A DNA stretch of 64,000 nucleotides from NCBI GenBank assembly GCA_965204375.1, contig OZ241986.1, positions 5,280,001 through 5,344,000 on the forward strand, written 5' to 3'. Within the stretch, counting starts at the first letter, position 1, and every line of letters begins with the position of its first letter. Of the stretch, positions 11,499-21,130 are shown piece by piece. The notes beneath the pieces were generated by a model. The model did no database searches and was not told where the DNA came from. It was given only the letters and a program-made list of their open reading frames with translations. Origin of the DNA: Candidatus Latescibacterota bacterium (lineage in GTDB: Bacteria > Latescibacterota > UBA2968). Both the position numbers and the translations under genes were made by a program.

Positions 11499-12212
11499 TC
11501 ATATAACAATGCTTCTGGAAGTCGTCGTATATGACTCCCGTACCACCCGATTTTTCTTAATACCTGATTGTGACCAGTGCTGTTCTATTGATTGGATAAA
11601 GTCTGGTCGCACCAATTTGGCCCTTTGTACAAGCAGATTATCCTGATCAAATCTAAGATAAAGACCCTCTGCTAACTCATCGCCTAATTTTGAAAATGAT
11701 AGAAATTCTTTTAGCTCTGAAAACGTGAAATGACCCTGTGCAATGAATGGGATTTTACTTATTCCCATCTCCTGAAGAAACTCATCGCGTTTATCTCTTG
11801 ACAGGAAGTGACCAGCTTGTTTGTCATAGATGTCGAAACCGAGAAACCAATCTGGTAATCGGTCATAAAAGACCGAATGTTGTGCATAGCACCATTCGCC
11901 AAAAAGGATATAGCGGTCAATCAAATGATCAAAAAGAATGTCCTCTTTCAGGGATAGCCACTCTGATAATTTTTTCCATTGTCCCAAACCGGGAAGAGAT
12001 AGGTACGCCCCTCGATTTTGAGCGTGGATATTGCCAGAGGAGTCAAACGAGATACCGAGGTTCGCCCCGTCAACCTTTTCTTCTACGACAAGTTTATGTC
12101 CCAAGAACGCGTCGCGTTCAGGCTCCGACAGGACCTTATCGCCCCGGATATCTACACCCCCAAGGAGTGCCAGGTGTGGCGTGGTAGGAAACTTAAAGAA
12201 ATTGTCTTTCAC
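11499..12212 (-). CDS. ATP-dependent RNA ligase family protein (nucleotidyltransferase)
   Basis: Ligase motifs I EEKVDGAN, III LFGEW, IIIa FLGFDIY, IV AEGLYL and V RAKLVR; N-terminal FPTTPHL; GTG start overlaps the upstream TGA (GTGA). Confidence 0.88.
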   Translation of the reverse strand: MKDNFFKFPTTPHLALLGGVDIRGDKVLSEPERDAFLGHKLVVEEKVDGANLGISFDSSGNIHAQNRGAYLSLPGLGQWKKLSEWLSLKEDILFDHLIDRYILFGEWCYAQHSVFYDRLPDWFLGFDIYDKQAGHFLSRDKRDEFLQEMGISKIPFIAQGHFTFSELKEFLSFSKLGDELAEGLYLRFDQDNLLVQRAKLVRPDFIQSIEQHWSQSGIKKNRVVRESYTTTSRSIVI

Positions 12213-12742
12213 AGACCCTTCTCCTCGTATTTTGCTTTGATATAACACTCACAAAGAAAATGAACTTCAATTCCTGCTTTGGCTAAAGCATCCTTCCATC
12301 CCCACCATTTGCTATCCGTCGCCTGTAAAATAGGCGGTTTTTTAGCGTGTGCATTCGCCACGGCGACAAACTTGCGATCAGAAAGATCAAAATGCTCCAG
12401 ACCGGGATGCTCGTTAGTATCAGGAAATTCATCATAGGAACTGTCGTTCCTGGTAATTGTTATCCGATCGCAATTGGGTCCCCAGCAATGGTCATAGACC
12501 CACTTCATGAATCGGTCTCCCACACCGGGCTGTCCCCGCATGTTAAGATTTTGGCGGTACTCCCTGAGAATTTCATCTGCGTCGTCAATAACCAGGCAAT
12601 CATTATTGATAACATGTTCAACGGCATCTATACAGGCCAGTACACAGTCATACTCCTCTGGCGGAATATTATCGGGTTGTAAAGCGCGATTGGCCATCAC
12701 AGGAACGTTGGTATCAACCAGACATTTCTTCGGCAAATTCAT
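12209..12742 (-). CDS. PIN-domain protein (putative ribonuclease)
   Basis: N-terminal LVDTNV followed by REY, SDRKFVAVA and ATDSK acidic residues in PIN-like order. Confidence 0.72.
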   Translation of the reverse strand: MNLPKKCLVDTNVPVMANRALQPDNIPPEEYDCVLACIDAVEHVINNDCLVIDDADEILREYRQNLNMRGQPGVGDRFMKWVYDHCWGPNCDRITITRNDSSYDEFPDTNEHPGLEHFDLSDRKFVAVANAHAKKPPILQATDSKWWGWKDALAKAGIEVHFLCECYIKAKYEEKGL

Positions 12743-12744
12743 TT

Positions 12745-14268
12745 TTATCTCTCTAAGTTAGGCGTCTGTTTTTGTATCCGCTTTTCCATTGCCGCCCGGG
12801 CTTGCGCGGTAATGTCTCCCATCTCATCACCGAAAAAATTCTCTGGCCAGTTTCGTATATTGCCAAACTCGTCTATATCCAGAGGCTCCAGCTTAGCCCC
12901 TGCTTTTGCCTTGATGTTTTCTTGTGCGATTTCTTCCAATTTTTTCGCTGTGGCTTCGCCAATGCCAGGCACCTCGCGTAGTCTCCTTGGCATGCGAACG
13001 AGTTCATTGGCAGACGAAATGCCTGCATCCTCAAGCCGGTTTCGCATCACTTGCGTAATGTTGGGCACCGCGACCAATGGTACTGTGTTATTGATATTGG
13101 AGAAATAGACCGATACTTTGTCTTGAGACAAGCGATCCTCGGCAATTCGTCTTTGTAATCGCCGGAGAAAATGCTCGGAGTGGGTTTCAATGATCAACTG
13201 GATATTTCTTTCTTTTACGACCTCAATCATCACATCTGCCAAAGCCGATTGTGCATAAGGGTGAAGATGAACTTCTGGCTGATCTATCAGGATAATAGAT
13301 CCCTCTGGTGCATAGTCAAATTGTACGAGCACTGGAAGTACCTGAGAGATACCGAACCCGACATCTGGAAGTTCCACCCACGTAATTGATCCCTTAGTAC
13401 GCACCAGGACTTTATACAACCGATCAACAAGTTTTTCAACTTTAAAATCCTCAATCAGCCCTATATACTTGAGCTTGCTGGCGATGCGCCTTTCAAACCT
13501 CTCCTTATCCTGGGCTGCTAAAATTGCCGCGACAGTATCTTCGCCTTCATATCCCACACTTTCTGGCGTTCCTCCGGTATTGTCATACGAACGCGCAGTT
13601 TTGGTGCGGAGCGGACCGAGATAGAAAAGAGTAATGAAAAGTTCTTCATGCTTATGGTTGAATTCTCGGAGAATATCTCCGTTCCGATAGCGCGTAATTA
13701 GTGCATGAGGAAAGCGATAAAAACGGTCGGGTAAACCCCTATATAATTCCTCTATCTGCTCCGATCTCTTCTTTAATGTTAAATCAGGCGATTCAACTTT
13801 ATACGACCTTGTTCCAGGCCATCGCTCCATTCCAAATAAAAGCTGTTTTTCCCCATCCCTGATCAATCTATATTTAAATGATTTGACATAATCTTTTATG
13901 TCCCCAGTACTAACTTCTGCTTGAAAGGCGAGATCCTTACCGGAAAATCTCTCATGAGGGGGATTGGGGTTTATGACTGTCAGTGACTCTCTGAGTGACC
14001 ATTGGTACTCAAATCCAATATCTCTTTCTATATCGCGCTGGAAGACCATTTCACGGTACGATCCCAGTTGAACAGCCGAATATCTATCACCAAGATGAAA
14101 CACGTCTCGCCCTCGTGATTCAACAGTCTGCTTCAGCATGATCAGGAACTGGCCAATACTGGACTTACCGGAACTGTTGGCACCAAAGAAAAGGGTAATA
14201 GGGGCAAGGTCAATTTCGCCAGTATCCTCCCAAACCTTGAAGTTTTGAATTCGCAATTTCTTTAGCAT
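12745..14268 (-). CDS. ABC-type (AAA_15/AAA_21-like) ATPase with DUF3696-like C-terminus and an inserted HhH domain
   Basis: IQNFK, GANSSGKSS Walker A, YLGPLR, VGFGISQVLP signature, IDQPEVHLHP, ETHSEH and DEFGNIRNWPENFF motifs. Confidence 0.9.
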   Translation of the reverse strand: MLKKLRIQNFKVWEDTGEIDLAPITLFFGANSSGKSSIGQFLIMLKQTVESRGRDVFHLGDRYSAVQLGSYREMVFQRDIERDIGFEYQWSLRESLTVINPNPPHERFSGKDLAFQAEVSTGDIKDYVKSFKYRLIRDGEKQLLFGMERWPGTRSYKVESPDLTLKKRSEQIEELYRGLPDRFYRFPHALITRYRNGDILREFNHKHEELFITLFYLGPLRTKTARSYDNTGGTPESVGYEGEDTVAAILAAQDKERFERRIASKLKYIGLIEDFKVEKLVDRLYKVLVRTKGSITWVELPDVGFGISQVLPVLVQFDYAPEGSIILIDQPEVHLHPYAQSALADVMIEVVKERNIQLIIETHSEHFLRRLQRRIAEDRLSQDKVSVYFSNINNTVPLVAVPNITQVMRNRLEDAGISSANELVRMPRRLREVPGIGEATAKKLEEIAQENIKAKAGAKLEPLDIDEFGNIRNWPENFFGDEMGDITAQARAAMEKRIQKQTPNLER

Positions 14269-14405
14269 ATTTTTCCTTCATTCTGTTTGTCGCTTGTAAG
14301 TCATTTATCTTCATATACAAATAGGATTTGAAAAAAAGTAGCATCCAACCCCTTAAAACGCAAGCAGAATTAGAAACAGAATCCTACCAGGGAGTGAGAC
14401 AGTTT

Positions 14406-15143
14406 CTAAATTGGTCGTCGCGTGAGACTGAAGGTTTGAGCGGTCGGTCCCCCGTCGGGTTGGGTGGCTAAAAAGAGCGCGAGGGGGGCGACATCTTCGG
14501 GTGCTTTGACGACTTCGCTGGGTGCGAAGGGCGGTGGACCGCCCACTCTCATGCGACCGCCGGTAAGACGTGTGGCTACCGGGCCGGGGATGAGTTCGTT
14601 GACCGTGATGTTGTGTTCCCAGACTTCTTCTGATAGGCATTGGGTGAACATCCACATACCGGCTTTGCCAACGTGATACGCAGAACCGCCCGCTCTGGGG
14701 CGATGGCCCATGCCCGATCCTACGTTGATGACTCTGCCACCGCCGGAGTCAATCATGAGGGGGAGCAAGGCGTGTGAGACGAGGTAGGCACTGATGCAGT
14801 TTACCGTGACGTCTTTGATCCAGAGATCGGGATCGCTGTCGAGGATGCTGTTGCGCTCTATGCCGCCGCCCGCATTGTTGACGAGGATGTCCAGGCGGTC
14901 AAATTCTCCGCGAACTTTTTCGGCCAGTGCATCTACGCTCTGGCGGTTGGTGACGTCGGTGGGTACGGACAGGACTTTGCGGCCGAGGGCGCGAATTTCT
15001 TCGGCAACGGCATCGAGTTGTTCGGTCGTGCGTGCGGCGAGTATGAGGTCGGCTCCTTCTGTGGCAAAGGCGATGGCAATGGCGCGACCAATACCCCGCC
15101 CACTGCCTGTGACGAGTGCGATTTTTCCGGTGAGTTGTGACAT
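14406..15143 (-). CDS. SDR family oxidoreductase
   Basis: TGSGRGIG, NNAG and YHVGK (YxxxK) motifs; start at MSQLTGK. Confidence 0.92.
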   Translation of the reverse strand: MSQLTGKIALVTGSGRGIGRAIAIAFATEGADLILAARTTEQLDAVAEEIRALGRKVLSVPTDVTNRQSVDALAEKVRGEFDRLDILVNNAGGGIERNSILDSDPDLWIKDVTVNCISAYLVSHALLPLMIDSGGGRVINVGSGMGHRPRAGGSAYHVGKAGMWMFTQCLSEEVWEHNITVNELIPGPVATRLTGGRMRVGGPPPFAPSEVVKAPEDVAPLALFLATQPDGGPTAQTFSLTRRPI

Positions 15144-15165
15144 GAGGTCTCCTTGAGAAACTATT

Positions 15166-16290
15166 TTACCAATCAACGACCGATCCGTCATCTGGGTGAA
15201 GGGATCTTTGATTGGTCCAGTCGTGGCCAATTTTGTCTTCCATTTTGTCGTCGTCCAGTTCAATACCAAGGCCGGGACCTTTGGGCAATTCGACGTAGCC
15301 GTCTTTGAATTGGAACGGTTCTTTGAGATAGTCTTCGCCAAACATGGTGTGTTCCTGCGCGAGGAAGTTGGGGATGCTGGCGTCGAGCTGGATGCAGGCG
15401 GCTAATGAAATGGGGCCGAGCGGACAGTGCGGGGCAACGGCTGCGTAATAGGATTCGGCGATGCCTGCGATCAGACGGGTTTCGAAGATGCCGCCGGCGT
15501 GTGACAGGTCGGGTTGTATGATGGAACAGGCGCGTTTTTCGAGGAGGTCGCGGAAGCCCCATTTGGTGAAGATGCGTTCGCCTGTTGCGATGGGCAAGTG
15601 GGTTTTGCGCGCGAGTTCTGCCATGCCTTCTATGTCTTGACACTGGATGGGTTCTTCGACAAACATCGGCTGGTAGGGTTCGAGTGCTTTGATGAGTATG
15701 GCGGCGGTTTGCGGTGATATGGCGCCGTGAAAGTCGATGGCGATGTCAAAGTCCGGTCCGCCCGCTTCGCGCATGGCGGCAAATGTTTCGACGGCGCGAT
15801 CGATAAAGGCCGGGGTTTCGACGATGCGCGCCGGGCGAATTTTGGCCGGACCGGTCTTTATGGCGATAAATCCCTGTTTTTTGCGCTCTTTTACCGCGGC
15901 AGCAGCCTGTTCGGGCGTGCCGCCCCCTCCCGTGCCTTTGTACATTTTGATGCGGTCGCGCAGGGGGCCGCCGAGCATTTCATAGACGGGCATGTTCGCG
16001 GCTTTTCCGGCGAGGTCCCAAAGTGCTTGTTCAACACCGGATAGGGCGCTGGTGAGAATGGGTCCGCCGCGATAGAATGCATGGCGATACATGGCCTGCC
16101 AGTGATGGACCACGCGACGGGGGTCTTTGCCGATGAGATAGGGTTCGAGTTCTGCTACGGCTTGAGCGCAGGTACGGGCGCGTCCTTCGAGGATGGGTTC
16201 GCCAAGGCCGACGAGGCCCTCGTCTGTGTGCATTTTGAGAAAGAGCCAGCGCGGTTTGACGAGAAAGGTTTCGAGTTTGGTGATTTTCAT
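15166..16290 (-). CDS. dgoD: Galactonate dehydratase (mandelate racemase/enolase family)
   Basis: MKITKLETFLVKPRWLFLK, FYRGGPILTSALSGVEQALWD, DFHG and APHCPLGPI motifs. Confidence 0.85.
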   Translation of the reverse strand: MKITKLETFLVKPRWLFLKMHTDEGLVGLGEPILEGRARTCAQAVAELEPYLIGKDPRRVVHHWQAMYRHAFYRGGPILTSALSGVEQALWDLAGKAANMPVYEMLGGPLRDRIKMYKGTGGGGTPEQAAAAVKERKKQGFIAIKTGPAKIRPARIVETPAFIDRAVETFAAMREAGGPDFDIAIDFHGAISPQTAAILIKALEPYQPMFVEEPIQCQDIEGMAELARKTHLPIATGERIFTKWGFRDLLEKRACSIIQPDLSHAGGIFETRLIAGIAESYYAAVAPHCPLGPISLAACIQLDASIPNFLAQEHTMFGEDYLKEPFQFKDGYVELPKGPGLGIELDDDKMEDKIGHDWTNQRSLHPDDGSVVDW

Positions 16291-16300
16291 GGTATCTCCT

Positions 16301-17128
16301 TTAGAGTGGTTCACACAAATATGCGATGAGAATTTCCTGGTCGCGGTATTCCGGGATGATGATATCTGCACCGACTTCGATGAGCCGGTTTCGCTTCCAG
16401 GCATTGATGCCTTTGCGTTTGACTTCGTCTGATGCGACGCCGACTGCGGTGCCTCCTACAGCTTTTACGTTTTCGATTTCGACGTATCCATCTCCAAAAC
16501 CGAGGAGTTCAGAGCCGTCTATGGCGTGGGTCTTGAGCATGTTTTGTATGACCATGGCTTTGGAAAAGTTTTCGTGCTGGTCCAATGCGCCAAAGACGCG
16601 GTCTTCAAAGTAGGGTGTAAGGCCCAGTAATTCGACTTCGCGGCGGACAAAGACGAGATCGGTGCCGCTGGCTAAATAAAGTACCAGGCCGCGGTTGGAC
16701 AGGTTGTCGAGCAGTGCGCGGGTGTGGGGTAGCATGAGGTCGTTGGGGGCGATATCGCCTGTTTCGAGGCCGCGAATGCGATGGGCTATGTGGGCGTTGA
16801 GGAGGTCGTGAAAGCGCTGTTTGTAGGTCAGGGGATCGTCTGGCGTGCCACCGCGTTTTTGGATTTCTCGACACAACTGAATCATCTGGTAGATGGTTTG
16901 TTTGCCGGTGAGGCGGTCGATGAATTCGGTGACCAGAGCGCGATATTCCGCTTCGGTTTCGCCGGTGTTGAGTTTGGAGAGTACCTCGACCATCATGGGG
17001 ATCATGATTTCGCGCCAGCCCTGGCGAATGAGCGACAATGTGCCGTCAAAATCAAAGAGTACTGAACGGTAATGTCCCCGGGGGATGTGTGTTGCAATGA
17101 TTTCAATGTTGCCGATGTGTTGACTCAT
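16301..17128 (-). CDS. HAD family hydrolase
   Basis: FDFDGTLS motif I, LASGT, and GFGDGYVE motif IV. Confidence 0.88.
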   Translation of the reverse strand: MSQHIGNIEIIATHIPRGHYRSVLFDFDGTLSLIRQGWREIMIPMMVEVLSKLNTGETEAEYRALVTEFIDRLTGKQTIYQMIQLCREIQKRGGTPDDPLTYKQRFHDLLNAHIAHRIRGLETGDIAPNDLMLPHTRALLDNLSNRGLVLYLASGTDLVFVRREVELLGLTPYFEDRVFGALDQHENFSKAMVIQNMLKTHAIDGSELLGFGDGYVEIENVKAVGGTAVGVASDEVKRKGINAWKRNRLIEVGADIIIPEYRDQEILIAYLCEPL

Positions 17129-17291
17129 AAGTGTATTCCTGTTGAACGGTGCGTCAATAAAGGGATTCGCGCTTGAAAAATCAAGCGCGTAATGACCGCT
17201 GATTACTGCCAAATGTGTTTGAAAATTTTGGAATCTCCGTTATATTGTAACACTGGCCCAAATTGGTTTTTTAGAAAAAAAGGCGCGATGA

Positions 17292-17957
17292 ATGCAGAGC
17301 GATAGTACGTCAGGTCATGTGGCATCGGTCCAGACGCAAAATGGAAATTTTCGGCTTGACGCGGTCACGATTGACGAGCAAGTGCATCATGTGCTTTCTA
17401 TAAATGGGTGTGCGATTGCGAGTAGCAGTTCCAATTTGGAGATCGCACTTGCCGATCTCGCACTATCTGGCATTTCCCCAGATCAGAGATATGCCGATGT
17501 GTTGGTCGGTGGGCTTGGATTGGGCGTGACGCTGCGGCAGGTGTTGAAGCACAGGGCTGTGCAGTCCGTTTGTGTGGTGGAAATTGAGCCGCAAATAGTA
17601 GAATGGAATCGCACCTTTTTGACCAATGCCGATTTGCTCAATGACGCACGGGTTGAGCTTATTGTGGGCGATTTTTGTTCTTATGTGCAGGGTTCACCGC
17701 GCAATTATCACGGTATTGCGATGCATATTGATGTTGGGCCAGATCAGGTGGCGCGAGCAGAGAATCGTCAGGCTTACAGTTTGTCGATGTTGCGCGTGTT
17801 GCAAATGCGACTTCGAGCGGGGGGGGCACTTGCGATTTGTGCGGGTGGGACATCTTACGAACGGGCACTCCGGCGCGTTTTTGATGCGGTTTCTGTGCAG
17901 TCCGATCCTGCAGATCAGAGTAGGTCGCGTAGAATTTATCAGGTTATAGCGCAATAG
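17292..17957 (+). CDS. Spermidine synthase-like SAM-dependent transferase
   Basis: VLVGGLGLG and VVEIEPQIVEW; the usual DxDNGP motif is degenerate (MHIDVGP). Confidence 0.7.
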   Translation: MQSDSTSGHVASVQTQNGNFRLDAVTIDEQVHHVLSINGCAIASSSSNLEIALADLALSGISPDQRYADVLVGGLGLGVTLRQVLKHRAVQSVCVVEIEPQIVEWNRTFLTNADLLNDARVELIVGDFCSYVQGSPRNYHGIAMHIDVGPDQVARAENRQAYSLSMLRVLQMRLRAGGALAICAGGTSYERALRRVFDAVSVQSDPADQSRSRRIYQVIAQ

Positions 17958-18005
17958 CAGAACAATTCTCCTCCAAATGGGTGGATTATGAGAAAGGGGC
18001 TTGTG

Positions 18006-19313
18006 ATGAGCAAGGATTCACTTACAGTTATTGATAATCGAAATGGAAATACGTATGATTTACCTATTGCTTATGGCACGTATTCTGAGGATGGCGCCCA
18101 TGTGCGTTCGGCAGAGTTGAACCAAATCAAGGGTTCTGATAATGACTTTGGCCTGTTGGGATACGACCCGGCGTATATCAATACGGCATCTTGTAGCAGT
18201 TCGGTTACGTATATCGATGGTGCACAGGGGATTTTGCGCTATCGCGGATATCCCATTGAGCAGTTGGTGGCGGAGTCGTCTTATCTCGAAGTGGCCTATT
18301 TGCTGGTTTATGGCGAGTTGCCAGGCCGCGATCAATTGGACGGGTTTTCCGGGCAGGTAAATTCTCAAACGGTGATTTCAGACGATATTTTGTCTTTTAT
18401 CGATGGTTTTCCCAAAGGGTCTCACACGATGGGTATGCTGGTGGGTGTGTTGGGGGCACTGTCGGTGTTTTACGACGATGAGCGAGATTTTGGAACCGAA
18501 GAGGCACAACTTCGTCATATTTGTCGTCTGATCGGCAATGTTATGACCATAGGTGCTGCGGTGCATCGCCGCAGTGCTGGCTCGTCTTATGTGTCGGCAA
18601 ATCCCGAGTTGGGATTTTACGGTAATTTTTTAAATATGTTGTTTGGCACGGAGGGTGAGGTATATCGGGCTGATCCGGTGCTTGAGCGCGCGCTGGAAGT
18701 GTTGCTCATTTTGCACGCTGATCACGGTCAGAATTTATCTACCAGTATCATGCGGGGCGTTGCCAGCGGGGGGGCAGATCCGTATTCGTCTATGGCTGGC
18801 GCAGCAGCGGCGCTTTACGGTCCGGCACACGGGGGCGCGAATGAAGCCGTGCTCAATATGCTCAATGAGATCGGCTCAGTGGATAAGGTGCCGGCTTATA
18901 TCGAGCGGGTGGAGAACAAAGAGGTGGTGTTGCAGGGGTTTGGGCATCGGGTTTACAAGAATTACGATCCCAGGGCGGCGATTGTCAAAGAGACCGCGTA
19001 TAGTGTGTTTGAAGTGACGGGTAAGAATCCCCTGATTGATATTGCGCTGGAGTTGGAGCGGATTGCCCTTCAGGATGAGTATTTTATTTCGCGGCAATTG
19101 TATCCCAATGTGGATTTTTATTCGGGTATTATCTATCAGGCGATTGGATTGCCCACGCGGATGATGACGGTGTTATTTGCTGTGGGGCGGTCGTGTGGCT
19201 GGCTGGCGCAGTGGAAAGAGATGCTGGGGGATAGCGAACAGAAGATCGCCCGCCCGCGCCAGATTTATACCGGAGCAGATAAACGCGATTACGTGAGGAT
19301 GGATCAGCGATAA
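18006..19313 (+). CDS. gltA: Citrate synthase
   Basis: GILRYRGYPIE, LHADH, GPAHGGANE, GFGHRVYKNYDPR and YPNVDFYSG motifs. Confidence 0.95.
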   Translation: MSKDSLTVIDNRNGNTYDLPIAYGTYSEDGAHVRSAELNQIKGSDNDFGLLGYDPAYINTASCSSSVTYIDGAQGILRYRGYPIEQLVAESSYLEVAYLLVYGELPGRDQLDGFSGQVNSQTVISDDILSFIDGFPKGSHTMGMLVGVLGALSVFYDDERDFGTEEAQLRHICRLIGNVMTIGAAVHRRSAGSSYVSANPELGFYGNFLNMLFGTEGEVYRADPVLERALEVLLILHADHGQNLSTSIMRGVASGGADPYSSMAGAAAALYGPAHGGANEAVLNMLNEIGSVDKVPAYIERVENKEVVLQGFGHRVYKNYDPRAAIVKETAYSVFEVTGKNPLIDIALELERIALQDEYFISRQLYPNVDFYSGIIYQAIGLPTRMMTVLFAVGRSCGWLAQWKEMLGDSEQKIARPRQIYTGADKRDYVRMDQR

Positions 19314-19345
19314 TTCCCCATTGTAACGAGAATTGGAGGCAGGCG

Positions 19346-20305
19346 ATGGCTTTTATCCATATTCCCAAAGGCTGGCAGTTGCCCGAAGGCGAGGTTACAC
19401 CCGAACATATTTACTTGAATCGTCGGCGCTTTATGCAGGCTATAGGTGTTGCAGGCGCGAGCGCAGTGATTGGTGCTGGTTGCGCGACAGCAGAAGATGA
19501 GTTCGAGGTAGAAGTTCCCCCATCGCTACCGGGTCTGTATCCGGCAAAGCGCAATGAAAATTATACCGTGGAGCGGGAAATGACGGAGGAGAAGGTTGCC
19601 GCGCGGTACAATAATTTTTACGAGTTTACCACGAATAAGGGCAAGGTCCACGAGTTGACGGGCAAGTTTGAGGTGCGCCCCTGGGAGGTCGAGATTTCGG
19701 GCTTTGTGGAGAAACCCGGGACGTATGATCTGGATGATTTGCTCAAGCGGTTCGCGCTGGAAGAGCGCGTGTATCGGTTTCGGTGCGTGGAAGCGTGGGC
19801 GATGACAGTGCCGTGGACGGGGTTTCCGATGAAGGCGTTGATCGATTATGTGCAGCCTCAGTCGTCGGCAAAATACGTGCGGATGGTGACGTTCAATCGT
19901 CCGGATCAGGCGCCGGGCATCAAGACGCAGTCCTGGTATCCGTGGCCTTATTTTGAGGGGCTGACTATGGAAGAGGCGACGAATGAACTGACGTTGCTCA
20001 CGACGGGTATTTACGGTCATGCGCTGCCCAAACAGCACGGGGCACCCATTCGGTTGGTTACGCCGTGGAAATACGGATATAAGAGCATTAAGTCCATTGT
20101 GAAGATCGAGTTCACCAAACGGCAACCGCCGACGTTCTGGAACAAGGTGGCTCCTTCAGAGTACGATTTTTGGTCTAATGTAAATCCCAATGTGCCGCAC
20201 CCGCGCTGGTCTCAGGCAACGGAGCGGTTGATCGGGACGATGGATCGCGTGCCCACCCAAATGTACAATGGGTATGGCGATTATGTGGCGCATCTGTACG
20301 GTTAG
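19346..20305 (+). CDS. msrP: Protein-methionine-sulfoxide reductase catalytic subunit MsrP (YedY)
   Basis: Tat signal NRRRF; YNNFYEF, RFRCVEAW, PWKYGYKSIKSI and HPRWSQATER motifs. Confidence 0.95.
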   Translation: MAFIHIPKGWQLPEGEVTPEHIYLNRRRFMQAIGVAGASAVIGAGCATAEDEFEVEVPPSLPGLYPAKRNENYTVEREMTEEKVAARYNNFYEFTTNKGKVHELTGKFEVRPWEVEISGFVEKPGTYDLDDLLKRFALEERVYRFRCVEAWAMTVPWTGFPMKALIDYVQPQSSAKYVRMVTFNRPDQAPGIKTQSWYPWPYFEGLTMEEATNELTLLTTGIYGHALPKQHGAPIRLVTPWKYGYKSIKSIVKIEFTKRQPPTFWNKVAPSEYDFWSNVNPNVPHPRWSQATERLIGTMDRVPTQMYNGYGDYVAHLYG

Positions 20306-20484
20306 GGAATAGCAGTACCTGTTGCATTTCAAACCGCTCGGTGAGATGATTGCCGAGCGGTTTGGTGTTCATGGCTTATATGCGTTACACAAAGGCAGAC
20401 GTGATGTTGACATTCTTCGCTATTCTCGTAGATTTAGAATACTCGCGGATATAATCGCAGGTGTGCTTTTTAAGAGGAGTCTTC

Positions 20485-21039
20485 ATGGGAATCAGAGGTG
20501 GTCGAGGATTTGTGGGTGAGACTCTATGGCGACCTATCACACTATTATGGACACTGCTTTCTGGCATCGCTTCGATCTTGGCGTGGATCGGCGTAGGTGA
20601 ATCTTGGACAGAAAAAATAAAAGTGCTTATGGTGATGGCAATCCTGCTATTTGCCCTACTCACCTATGTTCTCTACGTAGCCTATCTCTTGTATAAGAAG
20701 GTTGATCGACCATTGAGTGTGCGTAAGGTGTCTGAGGGTAGTCACTACTTCAAGGACGAAGTAGTAGTCCTATTGGAGCAAAGTGATAATGTTCTTGACG
20801 GCGATATTCTTACTTTATTTGTCCGTGAAGGAGACGCAGAAGTCCCTGTTTGCCTACTATCGGTTGAGGCGATTACCGACTTAGGATTTCCACAAAGTGT
20901 GGTATTTTTCTCGTTTACTGATGACCCATTGTTAGACTATCTCAGTGATGAGAGCAGATTGGAACAACTACAGGCTAAGCGTGGCGTAACTCGGAAACAT
21001 TTAGAGTTGTATTTAGAGTGGACTTTTCCCGTTCACTGA
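20485..21039 (+). CDS. Hypothetical membrane protein (2 TM segments plus a soluble domain)
   Basis: Two hydrophobic segments; ATG preceded by GAGGAG; AT-richer than the flanks. Confidence 0.65.
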   Translation: MGIRGGRGFVGETLWRPITLLWTLLSGIASILAWIGVGESWTEKIKVLMVMAILLFALLTYVLYVAYLLYKKVDRPLSVRKVSEGSHYFKDEVVVLLEQSDNVLDGDILTLFVREGDAEVPVCLLSVEAITDLGFPQSVVFFSFTDDPLLDYLSDESRLEQLQAKRGVTRKHLELYLEWTFPVH

Positions 21040-21130
21040 TGCCTCATTATTAGACTATCTCAGTGATGAGAGCAGATTGGAACAATTGCAGGCGAAGCGT
21101 GGCGTAACAAAGGAGCATTTAAATGGCTGA
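20906..21130 (+). repeat. Diverged direct duplication (about 100 bp, 118-bp offset) of the membrane gene 3' end
   Basis: TTAGACTATCTCAGTGATGAGAGCAGATTGGAACAA...AAGCGTGGCGTAAC occurs at about 20932 and about 21050. Confidence 0.9.
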
